This document shows positions 13,599-22,218 of a stretch of DNA of 63,394 nucleotides, piece by piece. The position numbers were made by a program, and so were the translations under genes. Numbering within the stretch: position 1 is the first letter of the stretch; each line of letters opens with the position of its first letter. The stretch is from Patescibacteria group bacterium (GTDB taxonomy: Bacteria; Patescibacteriota; WWE3; 0-14-0-20-40-13). The notes under the pieces are model-generated. The model was not told the DNA's origin. It was given only the letters and a program-made list of their open reading frames with translations, and searched no databases. The stretch covers positions 1-63,394 of the forward strand of contig JAHINB010000017.1 of the NCBI GenBank assembly GCA_018896215.1. The letters run 5' to 3'.

Positions 13599-14546
13599 TC
13601 AACTTTTACCATGAAACTTCTGATACACATCTTTTAACTGTTTATTAGTGATGTGGGTATAGATTTGGGTAGTTGAGACATTAGCATGACCCAACAACTC
13701 CTGCACCGACCGTAAGTCGGCGCCAGCAATCAGAAGGTCTGTAGCGTAGGAATGGCGCAAGGTGTGAGGCGAGACATCTTGGCGAATCCCAGCTTTTAGC
13801 GCGTACCTCTTAATCAGCCTTTCTACTGACCGCACAGTTAAGCGCAAAGATTCACCCAACACATCATCTTTATCCATGGCTCGTCCTGAATATCTTAAAA
13901 ACAACGGTTCAAAATCTTCGGTGCGAACTGTAAGGTAAGCTTTTAATGCCTGTTTTGCCGAATTGCTGATATAAACTGTTCTAACCTTGCGACCTTTTCC
14001 AATGACGCTAAATTCTCCACGCGAAAGTACCGCCGTAGTGAAATCATTTTTATTTAACCCTACAAGTTCCGAAACCCGCATTCCGGTGGAAAACAGAATC
14101 TCCAGCATGGCTTTGTCTCGCAAACCAGATTTTTTGTTGGGATTTTGCAAAGACAAGAGCTCTAAAACCTCGCTACGAGAAAGAAATTTAGGAACCTGCG
14201 CTTCAGATCGTCCTAGTTCAATTTTTGTCGGCGAGATGATATTGTACCCCTTGCTCAATATAAGCCATTTTACAAAACTGCGAAGTGCCACAAGATAAAC
14301 TTTTTGGGTTGATCTTTTATATTCCAACTTAGACTTATTGCTCACGCGACGATTGAGATTCAACCGATATTTTTTAACCAAGTCTTCGCTGATGTCTTTT
14401 TCGCTTGCCTCATGACCTAATGCTTTAGAAGCAAACACCAAAAAGTCCTGCAGGTAAAAATGATACATTCTAATTGTGCCTTGTGACATGTTCTTTTCTA
14501 GCTCCAGATGTTCTAGGTATTCTACGAGTAGCTCTTTTAATAACAT
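13599..14546 (-). CDS. xerC: tyrosine recombinase, XerC/XerD family
   Basis: SAM-like N-terminal domain. C-terminus has R...HTLRHSYAT...LGH...T..Y catalytic residues. Confidence 0.85.
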   Translation of the reverse strand: MLLKELLVEYLEHLELEKNMSQGTIRMYHFYLQDFLVFASKALGHEASEKDISEDLVKKYRLNLNRRVSNKSKLEYKRSTQKVYLVALRSFVKWLILSKGYNIISPTKIELGRSEAQVPKFLSRSEVLELLSLQNPNKKSGLRDKAMLEILFSTGMRVSELVGLNKNDFTTAVLSRGEFSVIGKGRKVRTVYISNSAKQALKAYLTVRTEDFEPLFLRYSGRAMDKDDVLGESLRLTVRSVERLIKRYALKAGIRQDVSPHTLRHSYATDLLIAGADLRSVQELLGHANVSTTQIYTHITNKQLKDVYQKFHGKS

Positions 14547-14558
14547 GTATTCATATTA

Positions 14559-14607
14559 GCAAATTTGACCAATTAGTCCAATTAGGCTAATTAGACAAAT
14601 TGAACCC
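14559..14607. repeat. low-complexity repeat family E (AATTAGACCAATTAGTC-type)
   Basis: gaccaattagtccaattaggctaattagacaaatt. Related copies at 14943-14987, 51349-51397, 57240-57296 and 57459-57503. Confidence 0.7.
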
Positions 14608-14942
14608 AACAAAACCCTTGGGGAACATAACAAACCTTACTTAAGTAATTTATTTTACTTAAGTTAACTTAAGATCCTTAAAATATTTAAGTTTTGCTCC
14701 CACAAACCCCAAGAGTAGAGCAAAACCCCTACACCCGCATTGTCGTTAAATGTATGTTTAACGACTACAGGGATGTGAAGTAGCTGTAAATAGGGATTTT
14801 GCGGGAATTTAGATGAATCCAAATTAATACAACTAAATACCGGGGGAAATAGCAATAATTGGTATTTCAGAAAATACTAGCAATATACTAAAACAATTAA
14901 CAATTAAAATAATTGTTCTTTGCACTTCTCCTGTATCTCAAC

Positions 14943-14987
14943 GAATTAGTCCAATTGAACTAATTGGTCTAATTAGACAAATTCCAA
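14943..14987. repeat. repeat family E copy
   Basis: gaattagtccaattgaactaattggtctaattagacaaatt. Confidence 0.7.
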
Positions 14988-15064
14988 TCCCCCCCACAAC
15001 TTATCCACAACTATGACAAAAGCGACAGCTAAAGGCTTATAACTATGACAAACACCCATCTACA

Positions 15065-15105
15065 CCCTATAGTATGTCAAACTAGGATAGCAGTATACTA
15101 TAGGG
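15065..15105. repeat. 11-bp-arm palindrome CCCTATAGTAT-N19-ATACTATAGGG
   Basis: Perfect inverted repeat just downstream of the 3' end of the membrane-protein gene (15130-15894, minus strand). Carries the ACTATAGG octamer twice. Confidence 0.6.
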
Positions 15106-15129
15106 TTTGCTAAGGCTAGTTAATGTTTT

Positions 15130-15894
15130 TTAGACTAAGGAGATAAAAAGAAGTATTCCCGCAAAAATTGTCAGGTACTCCAGCACCTGCTTGGTTCTAA
15201 AAGTATTTTTTTCTAGAGAATACAACGAGCTCACCAGTGTGTAAAAACCAGCGTTCACTACAAGCGATCTAAACAAGTCCTCCAAAGGAAAAAAAGCCAA
15301 AGCGTAAAAGAGCTGGGAGCAAAATAGGGCAACCACAATTGCCAGTCCCCTCCCCAACCCCAATTCCCCCTGGCTCCAAAAATAAGCCCGCCCCATAAAA
15401 TAACAAACAAAAAATGTAATTGGCGTGGCGACTAACAGCAAGATAGGAATCTTGTAGATTAAAGCGACAATTAAAAACAAGGTGAATTGCACAATTAAAA
15501 AGGCAAAGGTCGATGCCGGTCGCAAAAGCGGGATTTCTATTTCTTTTTCTTCGGAAACCAAAAAAACATTTAGCGACAAAAGCGTAAAGTAGTAGATAAT
15601 TGTGGCAATAACGCAAAATAAAGCGTTAAATAGCAAACTTAAGCTTTGAAAGAAATAGGAGACAAAAAACAGTGCTAGACTTAAAAAGAAAGGGATGATT
15701 AAAGAAATTAAAAAAGACTTATTTTTTCGGGCAAACCCCAACGCCAAAACTGTCACCAAAAAAGATCCCGTAAAGCCGATTAAGGCGGCTTGAAGCCTAA
15801 AACCCGCGGGAAGCAAAAAACAATAGGCCAAAAAAGCCAAGGTGATGGCAGAGGCAAGAATAAACCGCGGTCTTTTTTGAGATAATTTAAGCAT
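15130..15894 (-). CDS. polytopic membrane protein, unknown function
   Basis: 254 aa made almost entirely of hydrophobic helices. Overlaps the ruvC stop by 8 nt. Confidence 0.6.
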   Translation of the reverse strand: MLKLSQKRPRFILASAITLAFLAYCFLLPAGFRLQAALIGFTGSFLVTVLALGFARKNKSFLISLIIPFFLSLALFFVSYFFQSLSLLFNALFCVIATIIYYFTLLSLNVFLVSEEKEIEIPLLRPASTFAFLIVQFTLFLIVALIYKIPILLLVATPITFFVCYFMGRAYFWSQGELGLGRGLAIVVALFCSQLFYALAFFPLEDLFRSLVVNAGFYTLVSSLYSLEKNTFRTKQVLEYLTIFAGILLFISLV

Positions 15895-16378
15895 AGCTTG
15901 TATAGCGATGAATTTTAACTAAATGAGTTATTGCCATGGCAAGACCATCAGCTGCGTCGTCTTGTTTAATTTTTTCTGTGAGATTAAGATATTTCGGAAC
16001 CGCGAGTTGCATCTCCTTTTTTTTGGCGCGCCCGTAACCGGTCAAGACCAATTTTGCCTGCAAGGCGGTGTACTCAAAAAGTGGAATATTGCGTGTCTCG
16101 GCGGCAAGCATGATGACTCCCCTAGCCTGCCCCACGCTTAACGCCGTCTTGACATTGGTGTTAAAAAAAATCCGCTCAATGACAATTTCCTTAGGTTTAT
16201 GCTTATCCAACAGCTTGCCAATTTCCTGATATAAAGTCAAAAGACGACCCGACATTACCGTATTTGCCGGCGTCGAGATACAACCATAGGAAACAACCTT
16301 GAGAGGTTTGTTTTTTACAAAGCCGATTATGCCGTAACCAGTGATGGCGGTTCCGGGGTCAATACCAATTATAATCAT
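15887..16378 (-). CDS. ruvC: Holliday junction resolvase RuvC
   Basis: MIIIGIDPGTAITGYGII N-terminus, RNase H-like fold residues, about 160 aa. Confidence 0.92.
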   Translation of the reverse strand: MIIIGIDPGTAITGYGIIGFVKNKPLKVVSYGCISTPANTVMSGRLLTLYQEIGKLLDKHKPKEIVIERIFFNTNVKTALSVGQARGVIMLAAETRNIPLFEYTALQAKLVLTGYGRAKKKEMQLAVPKYLNLTEKIKQDDAADGLAMAITHLVKIHRYTSYA

Positions 16379-16911
16379 TCTTCTAAATTGTAAAACACAT
16401 CCTGCACATCGTCGTTATCTTCCAACTCTTCCACCAATTCCAAAATTTTGGCTTTGACATTGTCCGCAACGGGAATTCTGAATCGAGGATTTTGCGGATC
16501 GTTGCCAAAAATATAAGAGGCGCACCCGGGCTCGCCCAAGGATCCCCCAAACTTATTCAGTGTTTGCCGTACTTCAGCAAGAGTTCTGTTTTTATTGTCG
16601 GTGACCACATCAATCATCAAAGCCACCCCTTCGGGTCCGTAGCCTTCATAACGCAACTCGTACATTTCTCCACCATCTCCTGCTACCCCTAAAGCGCGGT
16701 TGATAGCGCGGTCAATGTTTTCTTTGGGCATATTAGCCCCACGAGCTTTTTCTATTGCCAACCGTAAATTGGGGTTGGAATTGGGATCGCCCCCACCCTT
16801 TTTTACCGCGACAATAACCAACCGCGAGATTTTAGTAAACTCTTTGGCTCGTTTGGCATCGGTAGAGTCTTTGGCTCTTTTAATGTTGTGAGAATGTGAA
16901 TGTCCTGACAT
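16375..16911 (-). CDS. yebC: YebC/PmpR family DNA-binding regulator (short form)
   Basis: MSGHSHSHNIKRAKD...KKGGGDPNSNPNLRLAIEKA. The ORF-track extension to 17001 is encoded by repeat A and is probably 5' UTR. Confidence 0.85.
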   Translation of the reverse strand: MSGHSHSHNIKRAKDSTDAKRAKEFTKISRLVIVAVKKGGGDPNSNPNLRLAIEKARGANMPKENIDRAINRALGVAGDGGEMYELRYEGYGPEGVALMIDVVTDNKNRTLAEVRQTLNKFGGSLGEPGCASYIFGNDPQNPRFRIPVADNVKAKILELVEELEDNDDVQDVFYNLEE

Positions 16912-16912
16912 A

Positions 16913-16970
16913 TTTTTTGGGGGAGACACCCCAAAACAATTCCTTGCCTTTAGGGGTGTCTCCCCGAAAT
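16913..16970. repeat. palindromic element family A (GGGGAGACACCCC ... GGGGTGTCTCCCC)
   Basis: 13-nt arms plus flanking TTT/AAA. One of eight copies. Confidence 0.85.
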
Positions 16971-16972
16971 CC

Positions 16973-17233
16973 CTATGTAGCTTTTTTCTCCAGTACCCCA
17001 ATTCTTACTTCGTGATTCTCTAATTGCTCTTCGTGACCATAAATTCTGGAGGAATGAAAAGTATGCTCCTCGTCAAATTTTTTAAACGCACCAACTAACC
17101 AATCTAGAGTATCGTATATTTTTCTTATATCCTCCCTAAACGGAGACAGTTTCTGCTCTAGTTTACTATCTAACTTAGTTTCTAAAGTTGCATCAAAATA
17201 TTCTTTTGTGAGAATTTCTGTTTTCTTAGGCAT
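16973..17233 (-). CDS. small coiled-coil hypothetical protein
   Basis: 86-aa ORF with host-like AT-rich codons and no recognisable domain. No clear SD. Confidence 0.35.
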   Translation of the reverse strand: MPKKTEILTKEYFDATLETKLDSKLEQKLSPFREDIRKIYDTLDWLVGAFKKFDEEHTFHSSRIYGHEEQLENHEVRIGVLEKKAT

Positions 17234-17291
17234 GGATTTATTGTAGGAGTTAAATTGGATAAATTCAACAAGTAAAAATGTAAGTCTGACA

Positions 17292-17321
17292 TTGACCTAT
17301 AGTGACGAAAAGTGTTATAAT
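17292..17321 (+). promoter_or_regulatory. sigma70-like promoter of GC-rich cassette 1
   Basis: TTGACC (17292-17297), 18-nt spacer, TGtTATAAT (17316-17321, extended -10). Confidence 0.55.
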
Positions 17322-17426
17322 ACAGTAACTCGTGCGCGACCGTCGCGCAACCCCGCCCACGCAGGCGGGTCAAACCCCCTACCTCACAATTCTTCCCTGC
17401 CTGTGGCAGGGAGAAAGGAAAACCTC

Positions 17427-18063
17427 ATGAAGAAGGTTAAGGTTTTTGTTGTGCTAGCGGTCGTCCTGGCCGCCCTTCCGTTGTTCGTCGTCGTCCCCCA
17501 CCCTGCCGAGGCGCAGGTGACCTGCCCTGCAGGAACCTATTATCAGGTAGACCCTGGATCGCCCCAGGGGTTCTACTGTGTGGTGGGGGAACCCCCCGCC
17601 ATCAACCTCTGCGCAAGAATGGGAATGGGTTCCGTCGTACGGCAACGGGTACGACCCCAAAAAGCTCCCCCTCCTGGGTCTTTTCGACAAGATGGTCGGA
17701 GATCCAATTGGGGCACTCTCCCGGATCCAACCGGGTCAACCAATCGAAGAGTGGCCTCAATACCAAAAAGATGCTATCGGCGGTGCAATCGCCGACACAG
17801 TGACCATCGGAATTTTCAGTTGGGTGGACTGGCTCTCGGGTCTTCTCGCAGAAGACTCAGACTCACCGCCCACCTCAGCTCCAGCTCCTCCGGATCCGGA
17901 ACCGACTGTCGCTCCTTCCGTCTCTTCCACGACCGCAGGAAGCCCCTGCGGGTATCAGTGGAAGAGGAGAGGGGACCTAGTCTGCTCCGCCTGGTGCTTA
18001 GCACTAGACGGACAACGAACATGGGCGTTGGACGAAGGGGGATTCGCGAAGTGCGCTAACTAG
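17427..18063 (+). pseudogene. GC-rich secreted ORFan, split by a +1 frameshift at a G5/C6 tract (or phase-variable, or a sequencing error)
   Basis: The signal peptide MKKVKVFVVLAVVLAALPLFVVVPHPAEA-Q is in frame 17427. After 17585-17597 that frame turns into Arg-rich nonsense. Frame 17578-18063 reads as a plausible protein (WEWVPSYGNGYDPKKLPLLGLFDKMVGDPIG...). Confidence 0.6.
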
Positions 18064-18087
18064 CTTTTCGTCCCATCCCCCTCTCAC

Positions 18088-18145
18088 CCGCGCGGATTTA
18101 GAGAACTCTTTCGAGAGAACCCTAGATCCGCGCGCTGTACTTTTG
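18088..18145 (+). terminator. long GC hairpin terminator of cassette 1
   Basis: CCGCGCGGAT...ATCCGCGCG followed by ctgtactttt. Confidence 0.5.
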
Positions 18146-18261
18146 ATTGGTTGCTTAATGAGTGTAGCGAATTTAGCAACCATCAATCCTCCGAAGCCTT
18201 GGCGTAGGAGGATAAATTACCCCCTTGACAATCTCGTTCAAGAATTTAAACTCGTAGACTA

Positions 18262-18699
18262 ATGGAAAACCTAACCCTCCTGCAACTTACCCAAAGCGCC
18301 ATAAAATGCGCCATTAACCAAAAATGGCCCGAGGCAAAACAATTCAACGAGCAAATTTTAAAAGCCTTTCCCAAAAATGTTGACGCCTTAAATCGCCTTG
18401 GAACCACCTACATTAACCTTGCGGATTCTGCCAAAGCCAAAAGTTGTTTTTCTAAAGCTCTAAAAATTGATCCTCTTAACACCATTGCCACCAAAAACCT
18501 TAAAATCTTAAAGTCAAAAAAAGCTACTCATTCAGTTGTTGTTCCAGAAAAATATAACTTAAAGGGCGCAATAAAGGAGCCGGATAAAAATAACCGACAA
18601 AAAACCAAGCCTTACATCAGGCACGCTACCTTAGAAGAATACGAGCTCTCCATTCCCGACACGGACTTTGACGACTCTGACACCGAAGGATTATCTTAA
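18262..18699 (+). CDS. tetratricopeptide-repeat protein
   Basis: TPR-like AxxxFxxALxxxPxN periodicity (WPEAKQFNEQILKAFPKNVDALNRLG..., AKSCFSKALKIDPLN). Confidence 0.6.
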   Translation: MENLTLLQLTQSAIKCAINQKWPEAKQFNEQILKAFPKNVDALNRLGTTYINLADSAKAKSCFSKALKIDPLNTIATKNLKILKSKKATHSVVVPEKYNLKGAIKEPDKNNRQKTKPYIRHATLEEYELSIPDTDFDDSDTEGLS

Positions 18700-19404
18700 G
18701 TCGTCGTCCTGCACCACACGAGCAGATTTTTCTTTCTCCTCTTTTTCAGCAGTTTCCTTTTTGGCAGTCGCTTTCTTTTTTTCTTCTTTCTCCTCTTTTA
18801 CTTTCTCTTCTGCCTCTACTTTAACCTCTTTAGCTGGTTCTTCTTTTACCACAACCTTTTGTGGAACCGCTTCTTCTCTTCTTTCGTCATGAACCTCGCG
18901 ACCTGCGACTGTTTCCATGCTAGCGTAAGGAGATTGGGGGTTTTCCTCGGGCAACAAGACTGTGGCTTCGTCTCCTTCTTGAGCCTGCCATCTCTCCACC
19001 GCCTCTGGGTACAATTTGTAGGAACCGCTGGAAGTAACAATGACCCATTTGCCTTCTTTCTTGGCAATGACTCCAGTTTCTTTTTTTCTTTTAACCCTTT
19101 TGTATTGCAAAAAGTAGGCCTTGCCTCGCGGATCTAATCTATCTAGCTTTAAGGTATCTCCCACAACAAGACCTGCTTTTACAATATAAATAGGAGCTAC
19201 ATCGTAGACCTTACCGTCAGTGCAGGTCGCTTTTAGACCATCAAAAATACCCGTCATTAAAGGTCTATCCGAAACTCGCGACTCCTCCCTTTTGCCATGA
19301 GAAAACTCCCGAGAAGAACCTCCCATAATTTCCATTGCCAAATTAAGTGAGGACACAGCCGCAGAAAGAGAACTTTTTACCAGTTGAGTTTGTCTGTCAT
19401 CCAT
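18691..19404 (-). CDS. hypothetical protein with Lys/Glu-rich C-terminal tail
   Basis: 237 aa. GGAGGTGAG SD upstream. Lies immediately downstream of the VirD4-like ATPase gene on the same strand. Confidence 0.55.
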   Translation of the reverse strand: MDDRQTQLVKSSLSAAVSSLNLAMEIMGGSSREFSHGKREESRVSDRPLMTGIFDGLKATCTDGKVYDVAPIYIVKAGLVVGDTLKLDRLDPRGKAYFLQYKRVKRKKETGVIAKKEGKWVIVTSSGSYKLYPEAVERWQAQEGDEATVLLPEENPQSPYASMETVAGREVHDERREEAVPQKVVVKEEPAKEVKVEAEEKVKEEKEEKKKATAKKETAEKEEKEKSARVVQDDDLR

Positions 19405-19431
19405 AATTACTCACCTCCTTAAATTTAGAAA

Positions 19432-19471
19432 ATTGGGGTACTACCCCGTAGGGGTAGTACCCCCTCGAATT
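19432..19471. repeat. palindromic element family B (GGGGTACTACCCC-gta-GGGGTAGTACCCC)
   Basis: Encodes the last residues (..RGGTTPTG) and the stop of the ATPase gene. Confidence 0.8.
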
Positions 19472-22038
19472 TTGTATTCTCCTTCTATCTTGTTATCTAT
19501 TGATTCCGTATCTTGTTCTATTTTGGTTTCTGTTTTCCCTCTCTGTTCCTCCGCGATTGCCATGCCTAAATCAAACGGTCGCTCCACCCACTTGCGAATT
19601 CTATCTTCTACATCAGCCAACGGTCGAGAATACTTTTGACGGCTTAAATTAAGAATTTTTTCGGTGTTGTTGGTCCATTCTTCTTTTGTGGGAGGAGGAA
19701 TAGAAACACCCGAAAACGGCGCGCTGGTCATACCATCAATAATTAATTTAATGTAAAAATGGTGCGCCTCCAAATTTATTAAATCGTTTTCGGTAAAAAC
19801 CGGGGCGAACTCGGGTTCCAATATTTTGGCGTCCTGTGCGCCTAAGGTTAAAGCGATGATTGATCCCACATTGCCAAAAATTGCCATTTGCATTTCTTCG
19901 GGAATTTGCGCCGTGTATTGGTGGGTCAGATGGAGAGCCAATCGGTATTTTCGCGCTTCGGACAAAATACCCGCAAACGATTCGGAGGCAAAATTTTGAA
20001 ATTCGTCAACATACAAATAAAACGGCGTTCTGTTTTCCCAGGGCACATCCACCCTCTGCATCACGGTAAAAAAGAGCCGAGCTACGAGTAACGATCCTAG
20101 CAAGTTGCTGTTATCCTCCCCGATTCTTCCTTTTGCCAAATTAACGAGTAAGATTTTTTTGTTATCCATAATATCCGTCAAGTCAATGGTTGATGTTCTC
20201 TGCCCCAATAAATTTCTAATAGTTGAAGATGATAAAAACCTCCCCACTTTATTTTGAATTGGAGACAAAGCTTCGGATGATAACGATTGGTTGCCCTTCA
20301 TAGCCTTAAATTCCTTTTCCCAAAAGTCAATGATTACTGGGTCGTTGATGCGATGTGTAATGTACTTGCGGTAGTTATCATCCGCCAAAACACGAGTAAG
20401 CCCCAGCATTGTTGTTCCTGGAACTTCAAGCAATGTCAAAATAGCATTATTGAGCAGGTATTCCAATCGAGGACCCCACGATATTTGCCCAAAGTGTTTC
20501 TTAAAAACTGAGAGTAACCCCGACGCCATGAGATTTTTTTGTGCGGGATTAGAGCACTCCAACAAATTTAAACCCACAGGATATTGGGCATCGGAAGGAT
20601 CTAAAACAATCACATCGTTAATCCTGTTATCGGGAACATTGCGCAAAATGTGTTCCACCAGCTCACCATGCGGATCCATAACACCCACCCCATTGCCATT
20701 TTTCATATCCTGAATAATCATATTTTCAAAAATCGTGGACTTGCCCGTTCCCGTTTTTCCGACTAAATAAGTGTGGCGACAACGATCTTCGCTTTTAACA
20801 TCGTCATTTTTAATCCCAAATTTTACCTGCCGATCTCTAAAAGTGGTGCGACCGATATAGGTGCAGTTCTCGGTAGGCAGATTGATCGGCGGCTCTCCCC
20901 TTTTGGCAAGGCTCCAACTAATGCTCGGAGTTTCTACGGAAGCTGATGGTAGATGAAAAATAGATGCCAGCTCGTCGGTGGATAAAATAAAACTATCCGA
21001 AGTGGAAAATTTACGAGATGATAAATCGTCAAAGCTGGAAATCCCACTGGCTGTAAAACTGTTGAGATTGGAGGTTCCATATTGCTTAAATGAGGCAGTG
21101 AGACTTTTAAGGTGGGTGTTTGCTGTAGCCTCGTCGGGGCTGGCGACCGCAATTCTGATAATGGTTTCGAACCCCATTTTGGACAATTTTAACTCAATTG
21201 ACTCTAATTCCCCTTTTTGACCCTCGGACAAAACTGCCGCCCTTTCAGGCTCTGGTCTAGCGGGTAACTGGCGTTGTGGAATGTAAGCTTCACCGGTATA
21301 AAAAACTCTTTTGGGGATGTTTCCAAGTACCGCCATAATTTCCTCACCAAAAGATTTAAAAATATCTTTTAAACCCCAACCCGCGGATTGTGTACCCATT
21401 TTAACCATCTCCACATACTGATACCCTGTGGACTGCCAACCATCAGCGATTGGGCGAACCAAAACTTGAACAAATGCTTTACTCTTTTGACTAACCTCCT
21501 CGATTGATGAGGTTAACGCAGATAGCGGATCGACCTCAAAATCGCGAAAAGTGCGAATGGGAAAGTAATTTTCCTTAACATGCTTAAGATAGATGGATGC
21601 AAAGCAAGGAAATTTGTCATCGGTTTTTATGTAATCTGCGGTTACCGTAATCTGCGCGTTGGGATATTGGGCATAGATTTGGCTTTCTACATACGATTGG
21701 AGTTGGTGCGGTAAAGTGCAATAAAAAACCACGCCTTCGCTGTCGGCGGCAATTTCAAATGTGATGTGTTCTTGGATTCCGGGAGTAAATTTTAAAAGCC
21801 CATGTAGCGCCGAAAACATTTGCTCGGCGGCAACAGGAGCTGCCAAAAGCTCAAAATGTTCGCCTTCGATAACTTTGGGAACCTTAATAACCAAGACAGT
21901 GTCCGGGGAAACAACCAAAGCCAAGTCCGCATTCTGAAAAGATTTCTTTTTGTGACTTGTCAGCTCGCGATAGGCAAGGTATATAGAGACTGCCAGCACA
22001 CCAATTGCGATGGTAATCAATTTAAGTATTTCGTTCAT
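19441..22038 (-). CDS. membrane-anchored VirD4/TraD-like (type IV coupling protein / DUF87-type) P-loop ATPase
   Basis: N-terminal TM helix, Walker A GKTGTGKST, Walker B LYVDEFQNF, and the arrangement typical of TraD/VirD4-like hexameric ATPases. Confidence 0.75.
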   Translation of the reverse strand: MNEILKLITIAIGVLAVSIYLAYRELTSHKKKSFQNADLALVVSPDTVLVIKVPKVIEGEHFELLAAPVAAEQMFSALHGLLKFTPGIQEHITFEIAADSEGVVFYCTLPHQLQSYVESQIYAQYPNAQITVTADYIKTDDKFPCFASIYLKHVKENYFPIRTFRDFEVDPLSALTSSIEEVSQKSKAFVQVLVRPIADGWQSTGYQYVEMVKMGTQSAGWGLKDIFKSFGEEIMAVLGNIPKRVFYTGEAYIPQRQLPARPEPERAAVLSEGQKGELESIELKLSKMGFETIIRIAVASPDEATANTHLKSLTASFKQYGTSNLNSFTASGISSFDDLSSRKFSTSDSFILSTDELASIFHLPSASVETPSISWSLAKRGEPPINLPTENCTYIGRTTFRDRQVKFGIKNDDVKSEDRCRHTYLVGKTGTGKSTIFENMIIQDMKNGNGVGVMDPHGELVEHILRNVPDNRINDVIVLDPSDAQYPVGLNLLECSNPAQKNLMASGLLSVFKKHFGQISWGPRLEYLLNNAILTLLEVPGTTMLGLTRVLADDNYRKYITHRINDPVIIDFWEKEFKAMKGNQSLSSEALSPIQNKVGRFLSSSTIRNLLGQRTSTIDLTDIMDNKKILLVNLAKGRIGEDNSNLLGSLLVARLFFTVMQRVDVPWENRTPFYLYVDEFQNFASESFAGILSEARKYRLALHLTHQYTAQIPEEMQMAIFGNVGSIIALTLGAQDAKILEPEFAPVFTENDLINLEAHHFYIKLIIDGMTSAPFSGVSIPPPTKEEWTNNTEKILNLSRQKYSRPLADVEDRIRKWVERPFDLGMAIAEEQRGKTETKIEQDTESIDNKIEGEYKIRGGTTPTG

Positions 22039-22097
22039 GGTTGTCGTTCTCTCTCCTCACATTATGATGCGCATAAAATAACCCCCTCGTCAACAGT

Positions 22098-22140
22098 TTC
22101 TCCCTTCTATTCCCTCTGCTCCCTCTAATCCCTCTAATTT
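22098..22140. repeat. CT-rich repeat family F (CCCTCTAATCCCTC-type)
   Basis: Related copies at 34205-34260, 43265-43318, 23470-23565 and 54985-55020. Confidence 0.6.
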
Positions 22141-22142
22141 AT

Positions 22143-22218
22143 TGGTGCCACCGGTGGGAGTTGAACCCACAACCTCCTCCTTAGGACGGAGTTGCTCTAT
22201 CCATTGAGCTACGGTGAC
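22143..22218 (-). tRNA. tRNA-Arg (anticodon CCU), CCA encoded
   Basis: Manual cloverleaf: acceptor GTCACCG/CGGTGGC, D arm GCTC/GAGC, anticodon loop gTCCTAa, T arm GTGGG-TTCAACT-CCCAC, 3' ACCA. Confidence 0.85.

Noticed and set aside
14664-14855. 63-aa ORF in the xerC-adjacent non-coding region
   Set aside because: It has no SD, a hydrophobic low-complexity translation, and spans hairpin repeats. The region is treated as non-coding.
15001-15009. oriC call from the perfect DnaA box TTATCCACA
   Set aside because: I found only one consensus box. There is no cluster, no AT-rich unwinding repeats and no dnaA/dnaN nearby. GC skew cannot be computed here. It is retained only as part of the finding on the non-coding region.
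17292-18059. 255-aa ORF as a single intact gene
   Set aside because: Its first 45 codons cover the promoter and the hairpin leader. After the G5/C6 tract the frame becomes Arg-rich (RRCNRRHSDHRNF..), typical of an off-frame in GC-rich DNA. I prefer the signal peptide plus the +1 frame.
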